From Lophium mytilinum (lineage: Eukaryota), in the NCBI GenBank assembly GCA_010093605.1, contig MU004199.1, positions 1,313,533 to 1,377,532 on the forward strand: a stretch of 64,000 bases of DNA. Direction: 5' to 3'. How positions within the stretch are numbered: the first letter of the stretch is position 1; the number at the start of each line of letters is the position of its first letter. Both the position numbers and the translations under genes were made by a program. The notes under the pieces were generated by a model. That model was not told the DNA's origin, made no database searches, and was given only the letters and a program-made list of their open reading frames with translations. Positions 25,504 to 36,355 of the stretch are shown one piece after another.

Positions 25504-27716
25504 ATGGAGCGAATCCGTAGAGCTCCTTTCGGGGAGTCAGCGAATACTTCGTACAGTCCTTTTCCTGCAACTTCTCCGTTAGCGTTATCTGATTAGCAAT
25601 AGATGTGAAAGATGTCGTAGAAGAAAGGTCTGGACAAGGAGCTCCTATGGCAGTGCACGCACTAATAGCTCCTGCAGATCAAATGTGACCGTCGAGAGCC
25701 ATGTTCGAAATGCGAACAGTTTGGGGCGAAATGCGTCTTTCGAGGTACCGGAGAAAAGCAGCGGTTAGGCAAAGAACTTAGCTCTTCGACGATATGTTAT
25801 CGTGCTCACAAGATGCCCTTAGGCCAGTCCGGAAAGGCCATGTCCAAGCACTTGAAGGTCACGTGGCTTCCCTGGAGCTTCTGCTACGAAAGGTAGCTGC
25901 TGCCGACAACAAGCAACGAGATGAGCTTCTCGCCGAGTTCAAAATTGTCTCAAGTGCAGTGAATCAGTCTTCACCCGTTCAGTCTATCGAGGGTACTGGC
26001 GTCAATAAAGGTGATCTTGCGTTGGCCCGAACACGAGCCGGACAAATGAAGAAGCTGAGAGCAAAGAACGCGTCACAATTTTTCGGTGGAACGAGCCTAT
26101 TTCATGGCCATGAATCCGTAGAGTTACCAGTTCCTCTGCCAGATTTCAGCCTCGAGGCTCTCTCGACTCCATTGAGCACCGTTCCGGAAGTATCACCTTC
26201 GAGCGGAAACGGTCTGAAGTTAAGGAATGACCACTTCCCATATAGGCCTCACGATGAGATCCCTCGACGTCTGCTCGCAACATTCTTCCAGGAGCAGTAT
26301 TACTACAACATGTGCGTCTATCGAGAGTATTTCCTCCGCGACTATCATGCTGGAACAGGCCGATACTACTCGGAAGTACTTCTATACGCAATATGTGCCA
26401 TGGGTGCTCTAGCGTGCGAAGACTCTAGCCTCCGAGAGCTATCCGGCACCTTCTCCAGCCATGCCGAAACACTCCTGTTCGACTCGTTGGACAATCCCGA
26501 TATGACTACCTTGCAAGCCCTAGTCCTTTTGGGACAATGCGAGATCGGCTACGGAAAGGCTTCGAAAGGCTGGCTATTCTGCGGTATGGCATTCCGTCTG
26601 ACCCACGAGATGGGACTTCATCTCGACCCAAACAACTGGAACAACGGCACGCAGCCCTCGGTCGATACGGAAGTGCTGCGGCGGGTGTATTGGGCCACCT
26701 TTATCGTAGACAAGCAATTGAGTCTATATTTCGGCCGTCCGCCCGCTCTCTACCCGTATGAATCCGATGTCAGGAGCACCATCAGGATACCTTACCCACC
26801 TGAATGGGAAGGCCTCCTCGATACTTATATCGGGAAAAGGAACACGAGCACTGCTTTTGAGGATGGAATCGCCCTCATTGGATCTTTAACCTACCAGGTT
26901 GAGTTATGCAAAATCTTACACAACATTATCACAAATCTTTACGAAAATCGACGAGTGAATGCGGATCATGCTGTCATTGCTACTACGGCGCAGCAAATTC
27001 ATGTTTCACTCACGACGTGGTTGGCCGGACTGCCTGCAAAGCTTCATTGGAATCAGTGGACTGTTGGGAAGGTACCTGCATATGTCCTTCATCTACAGTG
27101 AGCCCCTAGAATATTTCTCTGTGTTTCAAATCCACTAATGAAGTCTGTTAGCATGCTCTTCCACACAGCAATGATCATTCTCCACCGTCCACCCCGTCAT
27201 TACTTCGAAAAGCCCGGCATCGCAGCCAGCGAAGACGTAGAGATATGCTACGAGTCCGTTTACGCCCTAGTCCGGTTACTCCGAAGCTACTCTCGATATT
27301 ACCGCTATCAGAGTCTCCCGCTCGACTTCGTTCACAGTTTATCCACTGCCGCAGGAATTATCATTATGAAACGGTTTTTCGAAAACGCGACGTTCGATCA
27401 CTCTGAAGTCTCGACTTCACTAGGGGTAATCCTCCGCGCGATGGATGATGTGAAGAAAACCTGGCCTTGTATGAAGGAGATCCAGGACAGCGTGCTCGAA
27501 GCTATGAAGAGTCGAGCCAGCGCTATACCGCGGATGGATCCAATGCCGAGTCTTGATCTTAGCACTAGTCTTTCTGCGGGATTGGAATTTCCGATGAATG
27601 GAGAGGTGCAAATGAATGAAGAGGCTGGACCTGGGTCTTTGGCTACGGATTTGCTTGTGGACGATGACTGGACCGCTCAGTTTCTAGGATTTCCGTGGGA
27701 CGATCAACTTGTCTGA
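25504..27716 (+). CDS. Zn(II)2Cys6 transcription factor with fungal-specific TF domain (NirA-like family)
   Basis: Spliced 5' exons give [27 protein letters not shown]. Middle homology region TTLQALVLLG...GMAFRLTHEMGLHLD...RRVYWATFIVDKQLSLYFGRP. Intron ~27099-27151. Confidence 0.9.
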
Positions 27717-28310
27717 CCCCGCATATCATATAAGTCTGGGAATCTGCCGGTGACGCGTGTATACTGGTTAGTAACCGAACACGGATGTGCGGACGTTCTG
27801 CTTTGACTGTCGATGATAGATGCAAAGACTATGAAAGAAACTCACGAGCGGGGCGAATCTGCGTCATTGCTACACATATTGACGATACGACATCCAGCAT
27901 CGACTACCGAAGACCGTCGAAACACAGCAACCCGGTGCAAGAACTCGGGCCAAATATTAAACATGTAACATCCTGTCGCTCCCGCAAATTCCACCCCAGT
28001 AAGCTTTTCACTTTTGTCAACGGCGTCAATTACGGGAGTAACTATTTAGAGACAAGGAGAAAGGAATGGCTAGTTATTGTAGCGCTCTTATATCCGCGGC
28101 TTCGATTGGCTGGAGTGCAACTGATCAGCGGACATCCCCCAGAATGTGCCTCGCTAAGTATATCGAGTATGCCTTGTGAGTGCCTTGCCAAGGAAGGCTG
28201 CACATGGGGGGCTGTTCGGTCCTCAAGTTTTCAGTATATCCGGATCTCTGAAAATTCGTGTAAGTATTGCATTCCATTTTTTGAGTTCTCTCCACCGTCT
28301 TTGAGAATAC

Positions 28311-29285
28311 ATGGATCCTCTTGTTGACGTTGTGCTCGTGCATAGCTGCCACATATGCAAATCAAACCCCATTAAGCGCGAAGAAACTCAGAATGCCGAA
28401 CCACACCGAAGCTCTTTCCTTCTCAGACCGCATCCACAAGCGAGACTCTTGACACTCGATTTACACCTACGAGCCGACGATGCGATTACGAATGCGACAG
28501 CAGCCCTCTTGAACGACTTAGCCAAGGAGCGGAAAGAGTCGGGTCAGAATACTGATAACGCAATCATCTTGATCGTAGAAGGTCCTCGCAGTACATTAGT
28601 GTCCCGGGCACTTCAGGTCGCAGTCACACGTTCAGGAGCAGGCCTCACAGGGGCTGATCGCAATCCCATATGTGAGAACATCTACGGAATCTTGCAGATA
28701 TCGCCGTACCGGACATGGCACCGCCTAGTCTTGAATGCTTGCCTCGCCCTCGGTCAGATCATATGCTATGCAGCTTTTCGCCATTACGAGATTTACTGCT
28801 CGACTGAGGATGTCTGTGATGACTACGAATGCCCTGAAGTGAGTATATCAATCATTGCTAGGTCTAATAAAGCTGACCATATCCAGGTTGGCGACTCAAA
28901 CTTCGATCTGGCCCTGGCTGTAATAACACATCCAATCATAATACGCATGCTATGTATTCTCGTATTCTGGGTAGCCATGGCAGCATTGCAGTATCGCGAT
29001 AATAAACATGCTCTGCTCGTCTGGTCATGGCTCCTTATATTTGGTGCATATGGGGGCCAGTGGGCTTCCGAAGGCTTTGCGCCTATGAAGATGACGCATG
29101 CCGCTCCGACATCATTGCGTCTGTTGGGTATCAGCATGGCCATCATTTCCGGCTGGGGTCTTTACTGGGTTTGGGGCGGTTGGTTGCCGCAAAGATTAGA
29201 CGGTACACTTCGGAGATGGGCTCAGGACGCTTGCACAAGACCACAGACAAGGTTTCGGAGGTTGAGATTTCAACCGATGCAGTAA
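28311..29285 (+). CDS. Degenerate SesB-like alpha/beta-hydrolase domain fused to ~3 C-terminal TM helices
   Basis: PLVDVVLVH, PQARLLTL, ATAALLNDLAKER, AIILIV, LVSRAL and IYGIL follow the order of SesB/PGAP1-like motifs, but the GHSLGG nucleophile elbow is replaced by VEGPRS. Hydrophobic C-terminal segments. Confidence 0.55.
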   Translation: MDPLVDVVLVHSCHICKSNPIKREETQNAEPHRSSFLLRPHPQARLLTLDLHLRADDAITNATAALLNDLAKERKESGQNTDNAIILIVEGPRSTLVSRALQVAVTRSGAGLTGADRNPICENIYGILQISPYRTWHRLVLNACLALGQIICYAAFRHYEIYCSTEDVCDDYECPEVSISIIARSNKADHIQVGDSNFDLALAVITHPIIIRMLCILVFWVAMAALQYRDNKHALLVWSWLLIFGAYGGQWASEGFAPMKMTHAAPTSLRLLGISMAIISGWGLYWVWGGWLPQRLDGTLRRWAQDACTRPQTRFRRLRFQPMQ

Positions 29286-29940
29286 GGGGCATTTGCGACT
29301 CGCTCGGGCTACAGCTTGTATAAGAGGTGACATGCTACCAGGCCTAGGTCTTTTCCTTTCTTCATCACACGCGTCATCTGCTACTTCCCTTAGGGGTACG
29401 CGAATAGAAGTGCTTCCTTTCTCTCTCTCTTCATATCTTCCCCTGTCTCCTTTCTTATCTATGATGCTTCTTATGTCTCGTGTCCGGGCACTACGTCCAC
29501 TGACGAACGAAATCGAAATTTGCTCATCGGCGCCGAATCGACCGCACTCCGTTCGAGAGCTAATGCGCAGAGAGAGGGACAAGAAACCTTAAATATGGGC
29601 TGCCTATGTGCGCTTTCTGGACTCTGTTTCTATCCGATGACCGGAAACATACGCTAATCCAACCACTGCCTCGTACTGCCACTTTACCAGGCCAATCTCC
29701 GCTTGTGTTATTCTATTCACGCTTAGTCACGGTAGGAGGTTTGGTCCAATATCAACTCTGCTACGTTTTAAAGCATGACGCATTCACATAGCAAGAATTA
29801 GATGCCTGGTGCATAAGTCTGCGGCTTCTGTCCTATCACATTCAATGTCTGGATCACCGTCACCACCACCACCACCCCATTTACTCTAGCTCGACTCTCT
29901 AGTTCGTTCCAAACCTCCATCTATACTCGAAATCGCGATC

Positions 29941-30615
29941 ATGGTTTCGCGGGCGCAAGTAAAGGAAGACCAATGCGCAAAAAAGTTGGAAAACGCCCGA
30001 GACAGCGAAGACGAGAACGAAAGTCTTAGTGTCAAAATCGAATCTAGCAGGAGGGTTATTACTGAACGGGAATGCAAGAGAAAGGCTATCGAAGAACCAC
30101 ACGAATCAGATGATGATACCGACGTTGCAACCGTTTACCTCAAGAAGGTCAAGCTTGCCGCAGATTTGGGGGTTGAGGATGAAGTAGCGCCCACGGATCT
30201 AGCATTCGGCTACGGCCAAGACGGGCTGCAACACGAATCGGAATATTTCGCGGAACCTTCCATCACAGACTCCTTGTCGATCATGTCTGACTTCAGCAAC
30301 TTTGATGATAGCGACTACCAAGCGCTTCATGACCTTCTCAGGATGCTCGACTCGGATGTCAATCTCCAAATTGACAAAGTGGCCCACCTTGAGCGTGGGG
30401 ACATCAGAGTGACCCAGAAGGAGAAGGCGTTTGATTCGTTCTGCAAAGTCAGACGCCTACTGAAGGAGGTCGAAATGACCGGGCTTATGCACATGAGCGA
30501 TGAGAAGGTAGAGACGCTACTGAACCGCGCTAGGAAGTTGTTCTACTCTACCGTTTCGGAGCGACTATCGAGTCTGCCACCGAATGAGGAGGTTATTCCC
30601 GGTTCGATGAGCTGA
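29941..30615 (+). CDS. Orphan acidic protein with basic NLS-like motif
   Basis: 224-aa ATG ORF; KRKA...KKVK; no known domain. Confidence 0.55.
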   Translation: MVSRAQVKEDQCAKKLENARDSEDENESLSVKIESSRRVITERECKRKAIEEPHESDDDTDVATVYLKKVKLAADLGVEDEVAPTDLAFGYGQDGLQHESEYFAEPSITDSLSIMSDFSNFDDSDYQALHDLLRMLDSDVNLQIDKVAHLERGDIRVTQKEKAFDSFCKVRRLLKEVEMTGLMHMSDEKVETLLNRARKLFYSTVSERLSSLPPNEEVIPGSMS

Positions 30616-31043
30616 ATTTCTATGAGCATGATTTGCTTCTCCTGCAACCCCACGTTGATATTGGCATCTCAAATGGATGAACTCGAAGGGACGTCAACAA
30701 TGTGTCAAGTAGGAGCATATCACCGAGACGATCGTACACTGTGTAAGCTAGTATAGTTATGTGAAGGCATCATCCCATTGTTAAAGCACATGATTTACTT
30801 CTGGACCGCATTCACGTCTGGACCACGTTCGCTTCTGGACGGTGTTCACTGCCCAGCACTGTCTTGTCATGAAACATGACACACTTTCACTTTACAATTA
30901 GCAATTTCTCCAAGTATATAGTCCGCGCTAGTCCCAGCTCTCTTTCCCAGGTAGATTCCTTAACACTATTTCCACACTCTCCTACCTCACAACCAGTCCT
31001 AACTCTTCTTTTCAACCCCAAACCTTCAGCCCGTCCTGTCAAC

Positions 31044-31496
31044 ATGAACCGGTACAACCTACGCAAGCGGAAGGCTACCGAGTCTCCATCTGCTTTAGTC
31101 AACGACCAAGCAAAGCATGCCATCCGCGCTGAAGCAAGCAAGAAATTGAAGGTTACGCATGAAGATCTGGGCATGGTGGATGCAAGCACCGAAGTGGTTG
31201 ATACCGTCGAAGTAGGAGCAAAGGAGATCGCACCCATGGAGGAAGTTCCAGTGGGCGATCAGACCGCTGTGGCTACCAACTACGGCACCTCCACTGAGGT
31301 CCCAGTCCTATCGAAGGAGCTCGTGAACACCCTTGAGATGCTAGCTTCAGTGGCCAAGCAGCAGACCAACGACATTCCCATCCCGCAATTCTTTATTGAC
31401 CACGAGGACCAGTTCCGCAAGCTGATGGAACAGATCAAGGAGGCAGGAGACGAAATGAGGGTTGAGATGATGAAGGTGTTCGTGGCAAACGTCTAA
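31044..31496 (+). CDS. Small orphan protein with N-terminal basic NLS (MNRYNLRKRKA)
   Basis: Good ATG context (CAACATG) after a pyrimidine-rich leader; 150 aa; helical C-terminus. Confidence 0.6.
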   Translation: MNRYNLRKRKATESPSALVNDQAKHAIRAEASKKLKVTHEDLGMVDASTEVVDTVEVGAKEIAPMEEVPVGDQTAVATNYGTSTEVPVLSKELVNTLEMLASVAKQQTNDIPIPQFFIDHEDQFRKLMEQIKEAGDEMRVEMMKVFVANV

Positions 31497-32149
31497 AGTC
31501 TCGTTGTCAACGAATCGGAGCGCGAGTAAGGTCAGCTACCTATCGAGATGGAGCTTTGTTTCACGAAGGTCGTATGGGGTCGGCCTGCGAGATACATCCA
31601 GAACCCTGCTATGAGACCTGGCTAAGGTACTGGTCATAGCTGCGAAGACCCTATCTGGAGATTTCGAAGACGGCGATAAGACCGAGGGCTCAATACTGTT
31701 CTGATTATTTTCCCTCGATCTTTACGAAGTCTCGCGATGCACCGACTCTCAAGTGGTCGTCTTAGCACACGATTTCCGTGCACAGTCTCCAGAAGTTGGG
31801 CGATAGCTGGAGAAAATCTCCGCTATTCGCAGCAGTAGTTCTATTCTGAAGTTAAATTCAATTCTTTAAACACCAAGTATGTGCCAATAAAATCTACCGT
31901 GTAATGAAACCCTAACACTGCGTGAAACTTAGTGCAATGAGTAATGTAGCTTGCTTCCCCAAAGGGGATGATAAGCGCTAGTTCGGATTAGTGCTGGCGT
32001 ATTTTTGAATGTTTTACAAGTTGGTGTCCGTTTCAGCCTTCGGTGCCTTCTTCTATGCAAACGGGGTATTGATCCGTCAGATCACTGGACTAAGAACGCA
32101 CATATCATCGCAAAACTCTGGAGAAATTCAGAGAGCTACAAGTCGAAAA

Positions 32150-35100
32150 ATGGCAGTCAACGACGGTCGGGGATCTCTTACCGAGGACGAGTGGGGATTT
32201 TCGACTCCCTCCAACGATGCGGCAGATCAGCCTCCGAAAACTTCTCAACATAGCCTCAATGAAGATGACTGGGGCTTCCCAACTAACAACACTGGCGATA
32301 CATCACCAAAGCCTGACACTCATTCTGCAGAAGAAGACGAATGGGGGTTTCCTATTGACAACAAGGGCGAGGCTACATCAAAGCCAGGCGAGCCATCCGT
32401 AGACGAAGACGAATGGGGATTTGCAATTGATCAAGCAAACGCAGCCACCGTGAACGACGCATCTGATCTCCTGAAAAAATGGGGTCTCGACTCTGAGCCT
32501 ACTTCTCCCACCGGCGCCCCCAACGTCAGCGACGACCTTGCCGGAGCCGCTGAATCCCTTTTCGAAGGTTGGAAAACCGCGACTAGAACTGGAAATATCG
32601 GCACCTCACTATCGACCTTCATTACGATCCTGTCAAGCCTCGATATTTCTGGCCCAGAACACCTTCTCATCCGCAGTCTAAAGCAAAGGGCCGTCAAAAT
32701 AGGCCAAGGCTCCCAATTCAGCGTCTTCTTTGACAATTCTCCCATCGGCGAAGATGACGGCAAGGGAAATATCACCCAAAGGAAAGGCAGAGTGGTCAAG
32801 CGCGTCCGAATTTCAAAAATGGCGCTGAGTAGTGAAGAGGAGTTGGGGTTCAATGAGCAGTATTTACAGACACTTCGGCATTTAGAACTTGAGGTCCTCA
32901 GTCTGGGGTTGTTGCGACATCGGAACATTGTACGGTTACTGAGCTGGGGATACGATTACCAGGATCGGTATACGCCTATCCCGGTTTTATTCATGGAAGC
33001 TGCGCTTGCACCCCTGGATGAGTTTCTGTCATTGGAGAAGAAGAGCGAGGGCCTACTGGTGGCGTTGGGTGTTAAGAGGTGGGATGTCAAGTACCACTTT
33101 GCGCTTGATGTCGCGGCGGGGCTCGAGGCGATACACAGTTTGAACATTGTGCATGGAGATGTTAAGCCTGAGAACGTCTTAGTGTTTCGGAACGATGATC
33201 CAAAGGTTCCTTACGTGGCGAAGCTCAGCGACTTTGGAGTATGTGTGGATATGAGAATCGATGGGCAGAAAGTCACGCCGGAATCCTACCTTGGGACTAG
33301 CTCGTGGACTGGCAGCGAGGTTGGGATCGGACAATGGAACGATGAGACGCATGGAATCTTTACGCAGGAGCTGTTGAAAAAGTTCGATTCGTACAGCTTT
33401 GGGTTGACGTTGCTTTCGATAATGGGGGCTTATGGCGGGTTGCCTCCGATTACAAAAGAGCCGGGGCTGGGGAGAGGATTCGGACTATTAAAGGAGATCG
33501 AAAATTCACTGAAAGAGGCCAAGGGATGCCCCGAAGGCATCTTAACTCAAGTCAAGGCAGCATCAAAAAAGCTTCTGGCCATCAAGCCGTGCGAACGTCC
33601 ACTCCCGTCTCCGATTCTACTGCGAACCGATCTTCCGGCCTACGTAGATTGGCTTCAAGTAAGTACGTCGGTGCAGCAAACACAGCAAAGGAAGCGCAAC
33701 GGCCATGCGTATTGGTTTTCTCTCGATATACATGTTCTCAGATCTCTAGACCAGCAGTATACACAGCAAGAGAAACGGGGAAAGTCTAGTGGGTTTAGTG
33801 GCGAATCTCTTTTCGGAATGGCGGAAGCTTGCTCGCAGCAACCAACTGACGGATCCGCCGACAAGATACTGAACTTTCTCCTTGCATCAGCGGAGAAAGG
33901 TTACACTCCTGCAAGAGCGATTTGTGCAAAGGTGTATGAGGCATTTGATCGTCAATTAGACGTTGATGAAAAGACGTTGACGCACTGGGAAAGCGAGGCT
34001 GTGGCAGATGGCTTCATGTTTTATCGCCATCCATTTCTAGAAGAAGAGAGGCATGAAGGACAGCGACAACTTTTTAGGAGAAACGGTGGCTACTGCGACG
34101 ACCCTTTTCTGAGCATGGCCCCAATCCTCGCAACAGCACGAGACCTGAATAGGCTCACAATCTGGCTTTCCAAATTCAGCATCGATTCTGCTGTGGATTC
34201 CATCGGAAATACCATTATGCATGTCTGTGCTGCTCTCGGGGAGGTTGACTCCGTCAGGCTTTTATTAGACAGATCAAAAGCGGACCTTTTCAACGAGAAC
34301 GAGGAGACGCCGCTCTACAAAGCCTGCCAGGCCGGCCACACGGCTGTCGTCCAGCTGCTTCTTCGTAACGGTCATCGAGCAACCCCTACCAAGGATATGA
34401 ATGTTTCCCCATTGCACTGGCTTTTCAACTTTCCCGAATCAGATATTCAGCAAATTGCGGAAGCTATGGTCAAGAGCGGAGGAGCTGATGTCAGCCATAT
34501 GATCAAGCCGCCAAGATATTACGAGAACGCGTCAAAGTATCTCATGAAGCATTTTCCCTTCGAATTTCCACTTGGTACCCCTTTCCACTGGGCGGCATTT
34601 GCGAGAAACAGAACCGCACTAGACGTTCTTCTAAGCCTCGGAGCTAAGATTGACGCTACCTATGATAACGGGAATCATGGAACAACACCTCTTGCTCAAG
34701 CCGTGTGTACCGAAGATGCGCCTTTAGTTGCCTACCTCCTCGAAAGAGGTACCGACACTTCCGTCAACAACAAAGAAGGCCGAAATCCCCTCCATCTAAT
34801 GAGCCTAGGCGCCGGGAATGAGAACCCACTATCTTCGACGAAATGGGATACTTGGGTTAGACACGGAAATTGGAGAAACAGCGTTCAATCTGCAAAAGAC
34901 GTAGTGCAGCTTCTAGTCCATGCAGGTGTCGATATCGAGGCCCGAGCGACTGGATACGGGAAACGCACGCCCCTACTAATGGCTTCCGACCCGATCTACA
35001 TGAAGGAGCACGTCGTTCAAGCACTCTTAGAGGAAGGTGCGAATGCGGACGCGCAGATGGATAGGTCGGATTTCAATGTACTGCACCTCTGGTGCACGGC

Positions 35101-36328
35101 TGACCCGAGTCTGCTACGGTATCCCCACGTCTTCAAGGACTTCTTTGCGTACATCATCGAAAAAGTCAATAACCTGGACTGTCAAGCAGGTGCAATGGAG
35201 GAAACCGTCCTTCACCAGATGGTTAAGACGCAAATGCCTGCAGAGAAACTGTTTGAGTACATTGAACTTCTCTTTGCAGATCCGAAGCACAGTCCAAATA
35301 TGAACGCGAGGAACCGGGACGGGAATACGCCGCTCATGGTAGCTTGTCTGGGGCTCCCAGAAGGCATAGTAGAGAGGATCGGATTCCTTCTCAAACGTGG
35401 AGCGCAGCCCAGTCTCATGAACAACTACCAAGAGAACTTCATCCTGCGTCTCGTGGAAAACTACACCCTCATGGATGCGGATACTCTCTCAGCTTTGCAA
35501 CTCCTATTTTCCCACGAGTCTCTCACGCCAGAAGTTCTCCAAAAGTTCATCAAAGAAACAAGTTTGACGGCTTTGACAGAATGTGCTTCGCAAGGCCGCA
35601 TGAAAACCCTGTCCTACCTTCTTCAACTCGGCATGCGCAACAGGGTCAACGAAACGGTTACGGTGCGACGGACAGTGAAAACCGTTTTGGATGAAGCATT
35701 TTTCTCGGCAAACTCGGCACGGTTCATATACATCCGCAATGCAAGTGACCTCCTTACCAAGGAAGAAATCGAGGAAGCCGAGCAAAAGAACCACCTTTAT
35801 ACATCCGACTCGGGCGTTGTAAACCGCTATGGCGGAGCTTCCGCCGCAAGAGCAAAGGAATCTTACTGGGCCTATCCGGAGATTTTTGCGCTGCTTCAAT
35901 CTCATGGTGCGGTGCGAATACAACAGGCCGAGCATAGAGGTCCGTCGTGGAGAGACGCGATTGATCTTCCGGTATTGGGGATGACGAAGAACACGCAACC
36001 AAACCTCGATCACTGGAGGCCGCTGTACGACCTAGAGGAGCTGGAGGATGGATGGGAAGAAGCTGCGTACGAAGAGTTCATGGATAGCTATTCATATCTT
36101 AGCGAGGAGGATCTTGCGACATTGGAAGTTCCTATTTTGGCCTTTGAGCGATGGCCAAAGCTCGTGGAAATGCTAAGTGCGAAGAATGGTTGGTACCGCG
36201 GGGTTCTTAGAGATGGGAGGAGTGTTGAGGTCAAGATGATGGCAAAGGGGCAGGGCGGGATAGAGCAGGTGAGAGACTTGAAAGGCAGGACGTTGAATGT
36301 GAAGGAGATTCTTGAGCGAGGATACTAA
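32150..36328 (+). CDS. Ser/Thr protein kinase with Sel1-like segment and ankyrin repeats, intronless (~1392 aa)
   Basis: Kinase motifs IGQGSQFSV, VVKR, HRNIVRLL, IVHGDVKPENVL, KLSDFG, DSYSFG. Sel1-like LASAEKGYTPA. Multiple ankyrin repeats (GNTIMH, ETPLYKA, GTPFHWAA, GTTPLAQA, RNPLHL, RTPLLMA, GNTPLMVA). ORF is open from 32009. Confidence 0.92.
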   Translation: MAVNDGRGSLTEDEWGFSTPSNDAADQPPKTSQHSLNEDDWGFPTNNTGDTSPKPDTHSAEEDEWGFPIDNKGEATSKPGEPSVDEDEWGFAIDQANAATVNDASDLLKKWGLDSEPTSPTGAPNVSDDLAGAAESLFEGWKTATRTGNIGTSLSTFITILSSLDISGPEHLLIRSLKQRAVKIGQGSQFSVFFDNSPIGEDDGKGNITQRKGRVVKRVRISKMALSSEEELGFNEQYLQTLRHLELEVLSLGLLRHRNIVRLLSWGYDYQDRYTPIPVLFMEAALAPLDEFLSLEKKSEGLLVALGVKRWDVKYHFALDVAAGLEAIHSLNIVHGDVKPENVLVFRNDDPKVPYVAKLSDFGVCVDMRIDGQKVTPESYLGTSSWTGSEVGIGQWNDETHGIFTQELLKKFDSYSFGLTLLSIMGAYGGLPPITKEPGLGRGFGLLKEIENSLKEAKGCPEGILTQVKAASKKLLAIKPCERPLPSPILLRTDLPAYVDWLQVSTSVQQTQQRKRNGHAYWFSLDIHVLRSLDQQYTQQEKRGKSSGFSGESLFGMAEACSQQPTDGSADKILNFLLASAEKGYTPARAICAKVYEAFDRQLDVDEKTLTHWESEAVADGFMFYRHPFLEEERHEGQRQLFRRNGGYCDDPFLSMAPILATARDLNRLTIWLSKFSIDSAVDSIGNTIMHVCAALGEVDSVRLLLDRSKADLFNENEETPLYKACQAGHTAVVQLLLRNGHRATPTKDMNVSPLHWLFNFPESDIQQIAEAMVKSGGADVSHMIKPPRYYENASKYLMKHFPFEFPLGTPFHWAAFARNRTALDVLLSLGAKIDATYDNGNHGTTPLAQAVCTEDAPLVAYLLERGTDTSVNNKEGRNPLHLMSLGAGNENPLSSTKWDTWVRHGNWRNSVQSAKDVVQLLVHAGVDIEARATGYGKRTPLLMASDPIYMKEHVVQALLEEGANADAQMDRSDFNVLHLWCTADPSLLRYPHVFKDFFAYIIEKVNNLDCQAGAMEETVLHQMVKTQMPAEKLFEYIELLFADPKHSPNMNARNRDGNTPLMVACLGLPEGIVERIGFLLKRGAQPSLMNNYQENFILRLVENYTLMDADTLSALQLLFSHESLTPEVLQKFIKETSLTALTECASQGRMKTLSYLLQLGMRNRVNETVTVRRTVKTVLDEAFFSANSARFIYIRNASDLLTKEEIEEAEQKNHLYTSDSGVVNRYGGASAARAKESYWAYPEIFALLQSHGAVRIQQAEHRGPSWRDAIDLPVLGMTKNTQPNLDHWRPLYDLEELEDGWEEAAYEEFMDSYSYLSEEDLATLEVPILAFERWPKLVEMLSAKNGWYRGVLRDGRSVEVKMMAKGQGGIEQVRDLKGRTLNVKEILERGY

Positions 36329-36355
36329 GGTAGATTTATCTTCGCATACAGTCCT

